Origin: Blepharisma stoltei ATCC 30299
Taxonomy: Eukaryota > Protista > Ciliophora
DNA: 64,000 bases
Assembly (NCBI GenBank): GCA_965603825.1
Contig: CBFDEM010000034.1
Span: 1-64,000, forward strand
Direction: 5' to 3'
Under the pieces are notes generated by a model. It was not told the origin of the DNA. It did not search any database and was given only the letters and a program-made list of their open reading frames with translations. The position numbers and the translations under genes are program-made. This document shows, in pieces, positions 34,979-49,533 of the stretch; position 1 is the stretch's first letter, and each line of letters starts with the position of its first letter.

Positions 34979-36984
34979 TTAACCAGCGTTTTTATCCTTC
35001 ATTGTTAAAAGAGATTTGCCTTTTTCTTCATCTTCAACAACTTGTTTTGCTCTTATTGATGAAAATGTCAATTTTTCCACTGCGAGTGCTGGCATTTCTA
35101 TAAGCAGCACAAATGGTACCGACATCAAAAAGCAAAACATAAAATACCAAGTTGAGTCTTTAAATATCAAAAAATTGTCTAAATAAACTGCAGACGTTTG
35201 TGCATGATAAATCATATCAATGATATCAGACTGCACCAAATAACAACAAAAAGTCAGTCTTGCTAAAGGAGTCCAAATATCTAATGATAAAAATCCTGCC
35301 ATCCATGTAAAATGTCCTAATAATGCAGGTAAAAATAGCAGTGTAAGTCCTAATCCAAAGACAAATCGGCTGAAAGCTACATAAGCTTCATTTTGTTCAT
35401 GAGTTCAATGAGGGAAGTTCATATAAGGTCCTGGGTGTTTTGTACTGTCATATTGGACAAAAATAATAATATTAATTAGAGCAAGGCCTAAAAGGCCTAT
35501 AAAAAAACGAATTGGTTTATTTTCTAATTTTTTTCCGATTCATACACCTATAGGATCATAATGTTTTTGCTTATGCACGTATTGGCGATATGAATAAACA
35601 ACAATTCCAGTTAAAATACCTAGTGCATATACCCCTATTCTACAATAAGGCTTTACGTAATAATAGTCATAATAATCTCCCCAGGTCGTTCCTGCAAAGC
35701 CTACAGCGTTTAGGGTAAAATGATGAGCAATAACGCCTGAAATTATGATAGAAAATCCAATAAAAAATGTTAAAATTCCCCAGCCAATATATCTATTGTA
35801 TTTGTGATATAAATAAATAATTGGCGGAGTGATTATGAAAAATTGCATGTCGTCAGAGAGATACCAGGATTGGCCTAAGCAATTGCTGCCTTTCCAACCT
35901 GGGACTAAATTATTGATAAATAAAATATTTGTCCATCACCATTTTTTGCAATCATTGTTATAATAATATTCATTCCACCACAATGGCCCATTTCCCATAT
36001 GCTTTTGAAGAGCCCATGAAAATAAAATAACAAATAAATAAACAGGAACTATTCTCAAGTATCTATGGACATAAATTAATAGCCAGTTCATTTTTTTGGG
36101 ACTATTTATTTCGATTATCAATAGATAACTAACCAAAAACCCAGAAATCCAGAAAAAGGTGTCAACAGCAAATGACCCAGACAATACAATAACTGCTACT
36201 GGTTTTGATAGAAAATCAAGAATCTTGTTAGGATTTGCTAAAATAGAAAGGGTCATAGCATTCATTAAGGTGTGCCCAAGAATAACCCATCCTATTGACA
36301 AAACTCTCATTGCACTTAATATTTCAAGAGTGTCTTTTTTCCCTAATTTTTCTTGACTGCGGCTTAAAAAGAGCTTTTTAGAGTTAGTAATTAGGGAAAA
36401 GCATAATAAATATTTAGCAGGGGTTGATAATTGTGGAGGCTTTGAATTATTTTCTATTTCGTTTTTCACGAGGTTTTTATTGGAAATTCAATATTCGTAA
36501 ACTGTGGCTAGAAGAACTATAGATGCCACTATAGAAGTAAAAATTACATTAAAATAGCACCTGCGCTGTAATCACTTAAGTGGTCATCAATAAATTCTTT
36601 AGGAAACATTATAAATGGACCCTGATTGCTAGCTTTCAATGATACATTATATGACGAAATATCTGATTTTTCTAATAAAAGATGACTAAAAATATTTTGA
36701 TAGTCGGCCTCGTTGCATATTTTTGGCCCACATAAAGCTAAAAGCAACGCTGGCTGTGGGGATAGCTCAATCAGCACATACTTTGCGTATGAAAGATCAT
36801 TGCAAGAGTCATATTGCCCGAGATTATTAATAGTAAACCCTGAATACATAAACATTTTGGTATAGTTTGTAGGATTTGCAGAAAGCAGATCCTTACCAGA
36901 CTCTATAATTTTTGATCATTCTATCTCACATTCAGTCACGGAAGAAGCTGCAAGATTCAGAGAAATGAGCCAAATGAAAATCAT
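34979..36984 (-). CDS. NRF-6/O-acyltransferase-3 family membrane protein, copy 1 (one 1-bp frameshift near 36546)
   Basis: Signal peptide, LGQYDSC, RVLSIGWVILGH, AVDTFFWISGFL, HRYLRIVP, WYLSDDMQFF, YVKPYCR, WTPLARLTF. Frame breaks at ATG|TAA 36549-36544. Confidence 0.85.
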
Positions 36985-37506
36985 TTTTATTTATTTTTGG
37001 CAACAATTGATCCAGGAAAATGGTGAGAAAATTATTGATTAATTTCGATGATATATACTCTTAATCTTTATTTAGAGGATCTGCACAGCAAGAAGTTTAG
37101 ATAGGATTTTAACGATTATTAAGTAATTTTATTCCAGTTAAGCTATTATTCTTGAGGTCTTATTTTATTTAGCTTAGAAATTAATTCACAATTTTATGGC
37201 GAAGTTATAAGTATGTTGAGATAAAAATACTTCTTGTATAGTAGTAAAAATGCATTGCTGAAATTAATAATTCTCTCAAATACAACTTATATATGTGACA
37301 CTGATACCCAAATAACAATTGCAAAAATCAGAATTATTTGCTGAATAAATCAATTTTTAAAAAATTTTTATTATAGAAAATCAAAATTCGAAGAGTTATT
37401 AAGCAAATTGAAATTTTCCCCTATCAAATAATATTTATTTTCATAAATTTTATTATATTTGCTCAACAAATGTAAATTATTGACGCTTTATTTATCATTC
37501 TTAAAG

Positions 37507-39534
37507 CTAAGCATAATAAGGCTTCTTTTCTTGTTCCACCAGTGATATCATCAAAAGTGATTTCTTCTCTTCCACAACAATTTGGCTTTTTGATTTGAAA
37601 ATTAATTTTTCTATTTCAAATGCAGGGATTTCAACAAGCATCACAAAAGGAATAGAGCATACAAATAAAAACAAGAAGAACCACGTCAAATCTTTAATCC
37701 CAGAAAATTGATCAAACCACAAAGCTGCTCTTTGGCTTCTATAAGCAATTTCTATCATATTCTGTTGAAGCAAAAACACACAAAAAGTCAGTCTTGAAAA
37801 TGGAGTTCATATCTGTGACGATAAAAATCGGGTCATCCACGAAAAGTGGCCTAATAGTGCTGGCAAAAGTAAGCTTGCTAATGCAAAAGTAAAAACCACT
37901 CTATGAAGTGCTATAAAAGCTTGGTTTTCTTCATCTGTCCAATTTGGGTAAGTTAATTCCATCCCTCCAGGATTTTTAAAAGCGTCATATTGAATGAAAA
38001 TTATAAAGTTTATTAAGGCATAGCCAATAAACCCAACAGTTCATCTTATGCGTCGATTTTCTAGCTTTAATCCGATTCAAACACCAATTGGGTCATATTT
38101 TGTACCGTTTTCTTTAAACTGCTTATAGGAGTATACTATAAATGCAGATAAAACTCCTATAGCATAAGCTCCAATTCTACAATATGGCTTTGTAAAGTAG
38201 TAATCCATATAGTTGTTTTCATTCGGCAAAGCAGGAACGACAATATTTAATGTAAAATGATGGGCCACGACTGCTGATATTATTATAGTTAGTCCTATAA
38301 AAAATACCATGATAGCCCAGCCAATGTATTTATTGTACTTGTGATACAAATAAATGATTGGAGGAGTTATAATAAAAAATTGCATGTCCATCGCTAAATA
38401 CCATCCTTGGCCTAAGCACCCACTCCCTTTCCAATTAGGGACGAAATTATTGATAAAAAGCATACTTGACCACCAGTAATCTTTACAATCATTATTATAT
38501 AAATCTCCATTATACCATAAAGGGCCATTTCCAATATGTTTTTGAAAAGCCCAAAAGAAAAACAAAATAAACAGCATAAGAGGCCAAAGTCTAAAGAGCC
38601 TATGAATATAAAGCAAAATCCAGCTCATTTTTTTTTCTTCTTTATTTATTTCCACAAGGAGTAAATATCCTAATAAAAACCCAGAAAGCCATAGAAAAGT
38701 ATCAACAGCCAAAGTACTTGTAAGAGGGAATATCATAATAGTCAGTTTTGCGATTGTAATTAGTTTATTAAAATTTACTAACGCAGCATTTGATGATATA
38801 ATATTGACAAACTGTCCAAAAATGACCCAACCAATTGCTAAAACTCTAACAGAATTTAAAATTTCAAAGGTGTTTTTTTCTCCAAATTTTTCTTCGCTAC
38901 GACTTTTAAAGATTTTTTTAAAGTTTGTGATTACAGAAAAGCACAGGAACAATTTCAGCAAAAAATTCAGTGCTTCTTGATCTTTTTTAGCTTCTTTTTG
39001 AGTATATATCCAATAATCTATTCCTGTTCCTATAGCAGCAGTGGAGATTATGACTATGGTGATTGTAAACATAATTGTTTCTCCAGAGCTGTATTTATTG
39101 AAATGGTCATCTATATACTCTTTAGGAAAAACTATCTTGAGACTGCCTAAAGCTGAGGCTTGAACAATTTTACTAAACGAGGTTTTTAGAATTTCTTCAT
39201 TTTTTTCTTCTGGGTCTGCAAGACTTTGCAGCAGTAAATAATAATCAGCTTCAGAGCAAATGGAAGGCCCACATAAGCCCCAGGCAATTATTGGGGAATC
39301 ACTTGCCTGTATAAGTGTGAATTTGGAATTGTCTAATTCTAAGCATGAATCATATTGGCCTAACTCATTAGCATTTAAGCCTGTGTATAAAAATTGCTTG
39401 CTATAATCAGAAGGAGAGGGGCCAATAATTCCTTTCGCTGATTCAAGGATTTTTATCCACTCCCCTTTGCATTGCAGTAGAGTGGATTGTGCTCAAACTG
39501 CTCCAAGAAATAGGAGAATAAAATGAAAATACAT
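37507..39534 (-). CDS. NRF-6/O-acyltransferase-3 family membrane protein, copy 2
   Basis: Intact under TGA=Trp. LGQYDSC, AVDTFLWLSGFL, HRLFRLWP, WYLAMDMQFF, TKPYCR. Confidence 0.9.
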
Positions 39535-40808
39535 TTAATTATTATGAAAATGGATTAAAAAAACATCTAAAAAGCTAAAGCAATCTTGAGTTATAGACTT
39601 CAGGGATTCTTATAGAAATAATTTAAACTTTTAAGAATAGAAAGTGTTTAAGATATTTATTTTTTTGAGTTAAATTTTGCAATATTTTAGCACGTTTAAC
39701 TCTCATAAATATTTTGCATCAATAAATAAGACCAAGAATGAGGGATTTTGATGTACTTTTTGTCGTATTACGAATTATAACTGAGATTGCTTAAGGGAGA
39801 GATAATTTAAAAAGTATATTTCATCAGCATCTAAAATGGAAGATTCATTATTTTCTTAAAGTAAAAAGAACGCATTCATTTCTTTTTGGCTTTAATAATG
39901 CATAATTCTTGAAGAGAAAGATATTTTAAAATTAATTTTTAATCCTAGAAAGCAAAAACCGAAGGGCTGAGTAAAACGATTTTTGTATATATATTTTTAC
40001 TTATGTTTAAACACAATGAGACTTTAAGGAATTAGTAGGAAATATAATAGAAATTCAGAGCAATTGATAAAAATGAATCTTAAAAATATAGTTTATTTAA
40101 GAAAACAAAAAGTTAGAAAATCACTCTTAAATTTTAAACTCTTAATACTCTATGGCTAGCTAGTTAAAGGCATTCATTCAGCAGAATATAAATTTAATCC
40201 TTACTGGCAATTTTAGCAAAGAATTTCCTTATGATTCTGCTTCTTAAAAAACTGAAACATAATCTTATGCAAAGCTAAATACCATAAACTTTTAATATGG
40301 CATATAAATAAAATATAAAGTTTTAATCAAGAAATTATCTGAATAACTAAAAAGCTTTTAAAATTTTTCTCCAACCATTTTTTGAATTTTGTAACCCAGT
40401 TTATAATATTAATTTCAATAAGTGCCTTAATTCCTTACTCTATCCTGAGCCAAATTTTTGAAAAAATTTGCCTCACAAATAATCCCCAAAAAATTAAATT
40501 CAAGAGTCATATAAATTTTATTATGCTATATTGAGACATAATGCCAGCATGCTGCTTTTATTCTAAAAAATAATCAAGCTAAAACATACTTTAAATCATC
40601 ACCTAAATTGAAAGCAGTGGATAAAAAATGCACTTCTAAGTCTGCTGATAAAGATCACAGGGATTAATTACATTACTCCAAATAATAATTTAAAAAAATC
40701 TATATAGCTTTTGCAATCACAATATTTTATCTAATAATTTTATTCCTCAAATTAAATATTTTAAGCTACCTTATTCATATACTAATTTATTAGATAATTA
40801 ATTTTCAC

Positions 40809-42947
40809 TTAAATATGAGAAATAGCTAAAGGATGTGCATACAATTTCCTCCACTGGTGTTTCGTATCTTCATTATCTTCTCTAATAGACGCATAATATT
40901 CATCATCATCTTTTTCAATATCATATAGCCTTCCACTTATCATTAAAGCCACCAAAATGCTTCCCATCAGCAATATAAACACCAAAAACGAATGAATCCT
41001 CAATTCATTTAACGCAAAAAATCCAATCATAGAAATCTGATAAAAAAGCACAAAAAGTGAGGCATAAAAAATAACTGACCTTAATAGTCTTCCTTCCCCA
41101 TGAATTTCTTTACCATGTACACATAATAAATTAAAGGAATCAACCGAGTGTTTTAAAAAGAAAAAAAATAGCCCGGCTGGAATTACTAATGGGACACTTG
41201 AACAAAAGGTCATAACAATCCCAAAAGAAGTAAGCATAAGGGCATAAAAATAGCCATATTGGAAGACCTGGGACTCGTCTCTTCGCCACTTATCATGCTC
41301 ATTTAAATCTTTTCGGGTTTGATATCCAAGTCAGATAGAAAAATAGTTCATCCCTATTTCTGGACCTCTTAATAAATAAAACATGCAGGAATATGTCGCT
41401 TTCTGCAGCAAAACATTAATAAAAAACGCCCCAGAATCTGCCAAATGAAGTTCTCCTAAAATGTCAGCTAAAAGATATTCTCGGTCTTGGAGGATTTTGA
41501 CAAGGGATTTTGTAGCTGCAAGAGTGACGCCTGGGATTATAAGCATATTTAAACTTAAATAGACCACAGAAACATTTAAAATTGAGCTTTGTACGTCAGT
41601 ATGGCAGTAATGTCTTTCCATATATGCAGAAATATCAATAAGCACCAATAATACTTGATTGAGCATAATGATAAATAATGATGGAAAATAAGCTTGGACT
41701 AAATTTTCGACAGGCTCTGGCAAGTTATCAAATCATTGAGCATCAGTACCGATTATTGATTTTAGCTCAGCTAAAAGAGCAGCTGGGGTAGATAAAAACA
41801 GTAAAACCAGAACAGCTAAAAATAACACCCCAACTCTGCGGAAAAAATAAAAACCACGTGTTCCGCCTACGTTTACCCAGATTAAATCATAAGGATCTAC
41901 AGCTCGAGTAACCACAATATCTTTATGCGCTGCATCTTTATCATCAGGAAATCTTTCAAAAGTGGCTGAAAAAGCACGAAGCCTTTGCAGCCCTTTTCAT
42001 TTTTCTATAATATTAGAAAGGCCGAGTAAAATAGTTTTCCTTAAGCTGGGGCGATAATGATATAAGACTTTTTCTACACTCTCTAGAGAATTAAACGCAA
42101 TTACAGCATGTCCTGAATTCCAATAAGGAGTCATCGTAGCTTCTTGGATTTCTTTTTCTATTTCGTCTAGTTCTAATAAATAATGTTCATGATTAAGTGC
42201 AGCTCTAGGCAGGCAGCGAACTGGAGGAGGCGGATAATCACTTTCAAACAGATTTTTCATGAGAATAGTTTTTTCACGGTCAATTTCGAGTTTAATTAAT
42301 TTTTGAAAATCTGGGAAAAGGACCACTTCGACAACTCGACCTCCACGGTCTTTGAGAAATGAATTCATCTGAGTTGCTAAAGCTTCTCCTGATCTGTCAG
42401 AAATATCTAAACCTCGGACATGGACTGTTCGAAGTTTAAGCCACTCGTGGTCTTTTTCATGACTTCTTTCTTTAGCTTTTTCTTGAAGCATGGTACCGAC
42501 TCTTTTCTTTAGCATAAAAACCATCATAAAAACAGCTGATGAGAATAAATAAACCATTCCTACTTGAAACCATGTAGTGTAGCTTGACATATTAGTTGGC
42601 GATGAAGTGCTCATGAGTGTGAATTCTTCGGTAGTATTTGTAAATGTAGCTGGGATTGCGGCAAATAATGAAATCATGGTAAAAATAAATAAAAGCGAGA
42701 TCATGTAGCGCTGGAATAATAAGTATATGTAGCCTTCCACACCTGTGTATTCAATTCAATAAGATTCGTCAAAGTTTCAAAGAATTGGGGAGAAATGGCT
42801 AATGACTTGGCCAACTGATGAAAATTTTTCAGAAATTCCAGGAATTTGGATCCCAAACCTGCGGATTCAGAGTCTATTTCAAAAGATTATACCTATACTG
42901 AAAATTCCAGTGTTTAGAAAGATAAGTCAAAGAGTCCCGACAATCAT
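40809..42947 (-). CDS. OSCA/TMEM63 (CSC1-like) mechanosensitive channel
   Basis: GVEGYIYLLFQR, RTVHVRGL, RAVDPYDLIWVN, FQYGYFYA..., PLVIPAGLFFFFLKHSVD; eight in-frame TGA=Trp. Confidence 0.9.
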
Positions 42948-43421
42948 CTTTCTAATAAAATTGAAATATTTTTGAATAAATGGTTTTATATAGAATTTTA
43001 TGCAATGATATAGAGAAACTTATATAGTATTTCTTTGATTTAGATAATCTTAAATATTTTACAAGGATTACTATTATCATTATGAGAATGTAAATCAGAT
43101 AAAAAAAGGTATAAATTAAGTTGAGGTTTCTTATAATTCTTTTTATTTTGGAAATTTATTGCATTTCTGAAAATAAAATATCGAAAAACACGTAAGATTT
43201 ATTAAATAGTTGACTAAAAAAATGGCTTATTTAAATCTTCGTCTTTTAATTCACTTAATATTGAGATATTAATTAAATTCATAGCTATAGCTCTATAATG
43301 AAATTTCATTTGTAAATATAATAATATGCAGTCTTATTTAGAAATTGCAATAAAATAGGTTATTTTTTAGGTATTTAATTCACCCCTCATTGGTTAAGCA
43401 GATCACTTTCAGTCTAACAAT

Positions 43422-45288
43422 ATGAAGGTTAAAAATCTTTCTGGGAAATAATTAAAGGATTTCTCTTCTCTTTTCAAAAGATTCCATGAAACCATCATAA
43501 ATTGTGATGAATTAATTATGAGCGCCATCAAAATCTCGAAACTTCCTGTTAAAATTTGCTATAACCCTATTGAATATTTTTTGATGCAGCCATTAGAAAA
43601 AAACAAAAAAATACACATCATCTCTAAATATCTCAGAGTTTTCATTAGAAATTATATCAGAAGATATAGCAAAAAATCCAAAATCATCTTTATAATTATA
43701 ATTATTTAGATGGAAATGAGGAAGATTTCCATGGTGGGGAAATTCAAAAAGAAAAAAGAACTAATTATGGAGCTTTTTAACATTGCTGGAAGCTTGCTTA
43801 ATGATGATGAGTATTATAACTCTAAATGCTTATTTAAGCATTGCAGGAAAATATTAGAGAAAATTAAACACCACACACAAATTGACTATTTTTTTATTGA
43901 TTATTATTTGTATATGATCCACAACACAAAATTAATCCAAATTGCGGAAAAGATGAGCCTGCCCCAAGGCCAGAAAACTTTGAAAGTCCTTATTTTATTG
44001 ATTTTTTTGGATTTTATTGCAAGCACTTATGTTAATTGGGGAGAATCACATAAGCCAAAAGAATTTCTTAAAAAGACTACACAAATTTCGAAAATGGCTT
44101 TTAGAAGTGAAGATCATTATGATGGATGGTTGTGCTTTTGCAAGGGATTGATTAATTTTTATGTAAATAATTTTGATAAGGCAGACATATACTTCAGAAC
44201 CAGTAAAATATATTTTCAAAGCTCTTGGCCAATTTTTATATCATGCGCTTATGTATTATTATTTAGGATTTTTGTATAGTACCCAGGCTAAGAATTGATG
44301 TAGGGCATCTATTATCTTAAAAAATCTAAAGCCATTTGTAAAAACGCAATTTATTATTGCTTTTAGAAAAAGTATGCTTTGTCCTTGGATATTTGCCTTA
44401 TATACCCAATTTCAACTGGAGAATGGAGAAAAGTATTTAAAAAAAAGGTAAAAGTTTATTAAATGGGTCTGGAAAGCGTTATGATGTTGCATTCTTTAAG
44501 CTCAGCATATTTAAATTTGAATTGGAAGAATCTTATGAGTTATTGAAAAAAATTAACGGTGGATTTTATGTTCTTCCTATACAAAATCGAATACTTGGAT
44601 GACTCTATAGTGAAGTTGGATTTTTATATTTTTTATTTGGAGATACAAAACAAGCTGAAAAGTTATTTTAGCAGGATTAATTTAGATGTGATAAAAAGCA
44701 TCTGATTTATTTAACCTCTTAAATGTTTGTGTTCTCTTAGTAATGTTTTACATCTTTACATCCCGTTTCAAAAAAGCTGAAGAAGTCTTAAACATTTTAG
44801 CAGAAAAATATAATCATTTTGTTTCTGATGTCAAATTTTTTATTGATATGGCAAGAGTAGCCCTACACATTTTTTCTGGCGATGGTTTATTAAGAAACGA
44901 TCAAGCATTTGAAGGTATAAAAAATGAAATTCGAACATTAACCCTTCCCCCCCCCTGCTCCGAAAGCATGAAAACTTTTTTTCAAACTTTTCAAAAAGCC
45001 TGTAATGAATCAAAATTTTGGAATGATTTACTTGAAAAACTATTCGACACAATAATTTCACAATTCCCACACAGAAACCCTCTTTTTGCATATATATACC
45101 AGCTCAAATCTAAGCTTGAAGAAAACTTAGGAAATCATGAGGAAGCTAGAGAATGTTTATTTAAATCTTTGGAAATATTGAGAAAGTTTGTATCGCCAAA
45201 AAACATTCAAGTCATAAAGACCGAAGAAAAAATTGTGGAGATAGAAAAAGAAATAAAGCCGCGTCACAACAAACAAATTTGCTTCTAA
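43422..45288 (+). pseudogene. Degraded TPR-like helical repeat gene
   Basis: Same-strand fragments with TPR-like text (LGWLYSEVGFLYFLFGDTKQAEKLF; LGNHEEARECLFKSLEILRK) broken by TAA/TAG stops and frameshifts. Confidence 0.55.
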
Positions 45289-46022
45289 TAGATCTCGCAT
45301 TTTTAATCTGCAGTTTTATTATAATTTTCATTTTTTTTAAAATATTACTTTTAATTTAAACTTGAAACGCACCTTAAAGACACTTTAAGCACATAAATCT
45401 TTAGAATTATTTGCGAAATTTTGATAAACATATGCTTAGAGGATTATGAAAATAAAATTTTAAATATTAATTTCATGATAAGAAGAACTTTTCATCATTT
45501 TATATCTCGTATTTACTTATGAAGGTTCCTATTGAAATTTTGCCATTACTCTTTTATAGTAAAACCATAAAATTATTAGATCAAAGCAATAATTAAAAAA
45601 TATAAGTCGATTTGCTAATTCTTTAATTTGTTAAATTTCTAAATAATCCTTAAGAATTTTATTTATTTGTATAAAAATATAACTTGCTATTGGTTTTATG
45701 CTCATTATTTATAAGTGAACACTGAGAAATTAAAAATTGTAATAAAATTTGACTTCAAAGCGAATAATCTGTAATATTTTTATTTTATGTTACAACATTT
45801 TAAATATATATACATACACGAAAACTCAAAAAAGACGAATTAATTTTTATAAAAAGTAATATTCTCCTTAATAATGGAGATTTTTATATTAAATAAAATG
45901 AATTTATTCATAATATTTTGGAGAAAAGCTCCAGCAATTCAAAATTTTTAAAACATATTTGCATTTTGAATAATGCGTTTTTTTAAAGAGTAATAAAAAA
46001 CTAATCATTAATTTAAATAGGA

Positions 46023-49000
46023 ATGTTCCAGCTAGCTATCAAGCTGATATTTTACCTATTTGTAAATCTTGCATTAACTCAATACCTCAATGTTCCTATT
46101 TTATACAGTCAATTTACTCCTACTGCAATAAAAGATGTTGTCTTGAATCAATATAATTGCCCAAATCTTAGCTCATTGCCTTGCAAATCCAACCCTAATG
46201 CATTTTATATCCCAATGGAAATAAATGATGTGAATGATTTTGAAGAGCTGATCGCAGGCTCAGACATCACGTATTTATTTGACTTGACATTTTCAACTAT
46301 TATGAGCTCTCATATCAGTGCATATGCCAAACCATATAACTTTATGCATTTAGTATATGGGTTTATTCCAGACAATCGGCCTCAGCTTACATATTTTTCT
46401 GATACTTCAGAAATTATTATAAGAAATGCCGCGGTGTCATTTGTGAAACATTATGGGTGGCAAAAAGCTGTGGTTTTTTTAAGTCAAGAGCTTAATGGGA
46501 TGGATTTTAAGGATGTAAATGATATAGAAGTTGTTTATCAAGCAATCCTTCCCTCAAGGATTTCGTATGAAGCGATATCTATTATTGTATCTAAAGAAGT
46601 AAAGCCGTTAGGGGTTAAAACTATTATTATCGCAACTAATGAAAAAATTTCAAAATTAATACAAAAAGCAATAGAAGCAGCTGATATGAACAAGGAAGGC
46701 TATGTCTTCATTTTTCTCCATCAAAGCGCATGAACTGCATACCTTGAAGGGGCTATTTTGATAGAACAATACGACTGGACACCTACAGGTGTAGAAAATT
46801 ATATAGAAATACTAATTAACAATACAACAATTTTTTTGCTGATGTTTATGAATATGGACATAATACAAGGAGCCTTTTCATTATATGCATTTTATGCGTT
46901 TCTAATTAATGGAGTCAATATAGAAAGATTTTACCTTTTCAATATACAAAATAGTGAGCTAGTACCTTTCGGAAACATTACAAGCAGCGTTGTTAATTTA
47001 TATTCTTCTCCTATGTTTCCAGGAGGTACTAATAATATCCCAGACAATTCCAGGCTAAAAATACCTATCAGCATTGCTGGAGGGATAAGCAACCCTGATG
47101 GTTCCACTTATGATTTTAACGCAAACTGCCATAAAGGCTCAGTTTATGCGGCAAATTCAATAAACACTAATTCAAAAATCCTCGAAAATTTTCAGCTAGT
47201 AATTAACAATATAACAGATTGTGGAACTTCTTATTTTGATAGTGACTACGCAACTAGCTGTTTTAGCAAGCATTTAGAGGACTTAGGCTATTTTCATGTT
47301 TCCCCTCAACAAGTTGCAATGATAGAAGGCACAATGACAGTTTTCCAGTCTTTAAATATTTCAATCCCTGTGCTTGGTACTCAATCATGCCCTAAATTAA
47401 AAGATGATGATAATCTTCAGTATACAAGTGTGTCCTTTTCTAATACTTATACTGCAAGTGCAGTTGTTCTACTATTAACTTGGTTTAGAATTGCCAAATG
47501 CTCTCTGCTATATCTAGACACAAATTGGGGTCTTAGCTTTAAAAATCAATTCGTCAGTCAAGCAGAAAAGTATAATCTTGAAATTTTAAACAAAAATCAA
47601 GCAGTTCCTAGCGGATATAATGGCACCGATAAATCATTTATCCAAGAAATTGTTGATTTAAAGTCAAGATATGTCATAATTGAAGTCTCAAATACTGAAA
47701 TTTTTTCAGTACTTAATGCTTTTTATGACTTAGGAATGAGAAAAGGTGACCTTTATTTTATTTTTGGAGAAGGGAGTTTCAGAGCTTCAGAAGCAAATAT
47801 TTTGCATCAAGATTCTTATAAAAGCATCACAGAACTTGTAGAAGGGTCCCTTTATGTCACATTTTTATCGTATTATGGAGTTTTTGGGAAACAGATTTAT
47901 AATGATTTTTTGCAAGAATTTGGGTTTACTTATGACTACATGTGCTTATTTTATGACGCGACTTATTTAGGAGCGTATGCTATTGATTCTATGATAAGCA
48001 GAGGGTTTAATTTAAACAGCTCAGGAATTGAAGAATGGGTAAGAAAAGTCCAATTCACAGGGTGCTCAGGAAATGTGCAAATAAGCAAAAGTGGTAATGA
48101 TAGGTCAACGGTGAAGGTTGGGACTTACAATTTGATAAAAAATAACTCAGAATGGCAATTAGTTTTAACTGGGATTTATGATCCTACTAAAGTGGTTGTT
48201 TTTGAGATGATTGAAGGAATTTCATGATATTCAGATAATAAAGGAATTCTACCTAGTGAAATTATAGGGGCTGATTTATCATGTCCATTTAAATCAGATG
48301 AAGTCCGATCTTTTCTTTATGGCTACTTAATTCTTCTTATTATAGGAGGAATTTTTTTAATTTTTGATTTATTCTTTATTTACAAAAGCTTTGAATATTC
48401 TCCAATTGGGCAATTTCCAATGATAATAGAAAAAGCTGAAGAAAATATTTTCGATCAAATTATGTACTTAGCAATGCTTATAGAGTGCTTGCAATATGTA
48501 TCAATAGGTCCCAAATTTACAGATATTATGCCAAATATTCTGACAAAAGTAATAAAAATTGCAATTATAGACATAAGAGATTTCACCAATGATTCTAAAT
48601 TTCTTTATCAACTATCTATGATTGGAATTATTGTTATTTTATTTTTTACTTTTCTCTTTGGAAGGATTTTTGACTGCTGAAAAAGATGCAAGCTCTCTTT
48701 GCTTACAATTATTGGCGAACTCGGTAATTATTCCCTGCCCATTATTGGTGATGTTTTATTTTTGCCAATTTTTTATTTTTTATTTTTAACTTTTCAATGC
48801 ACAGAAAGCATTGAAGATAGTTTCAAAAAAAGTTTCCTTAATCAAGATTGCTCTATTTTTTGTTGGCAAGGTAAGCATCTCAAATATGCAGTAGCTTCAC
48901 TTGTGGCTCTTTTATTTTATTTGCCGACTAGTTTGCACTTTAGACCATCTTGAAAAGAAAATACTGGGGATTTAATTTTTCATTTTAAGGAACAGCCTGC

Positions 49001-49484
49001 TCACTCAGCTATTAAAAGCTTTCTGCAGATTATACTTGCTATATTGAATGCTGTTCTTTTGCCTTACTCCGAGATTGCTTATGATACTTGTTACACAATA
49101 ATTTTAATTATTTTTGGGATTTTCACTTTGTTTAGGAAGCCATATAATTACGAAAGGGCTTCCTTGTGGTACACAACATTTATATTTGGCTGTGTCTGGC
49201 TTTGGATTTGCTGTGAAATTGCTCGATTTAGTGCAATTGCTGGTAAATCTCTTATAGGAATAGGTTGGCTTTTATTAGGGATTATAGGAATGATCTATCA
49301 ATATAGAAATCTTCCATCTCTTTTGGAGTCACCAAAAGGGCAAGATATTCTTAGTCTTTTTAAATTTCAATTGTCAAAAAGATCACCTTCTCAAGCTGGA
49401 GTGCTTCGTTCAGTAAATTATGAATTTGCTGATCAAAGTTATGATGATAAAAAAAGTGAATTTTTAAGTGAAGATTTTAATTAA
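46023..49484 (+). CDS. Receptor-like protein A: signal peptide, two Venus-flytrap (ANF_receptor-like) domains, ~8-9 TM; 1153 aa
   Basis: Five ORFs in one frame joined by TGA. FVKHYGWQKAVV...MNKEGYVFIF; FYDATYLGAYAI...VQFTGCSGNVQI...NDR; hydrophobic C-terminal third. Confidence 0.88.
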
Positions 49485-49533
49485 AGTCACAAATCAAATT
49501 TTTGAAATCGACATTTTTCTAATAATTGTATTT

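Noticed and set aside
36529-36547. 19-nt GT...AG intron to repair the acyltransferase frameshift
   Set aside because: Wrong length and wrong phase.
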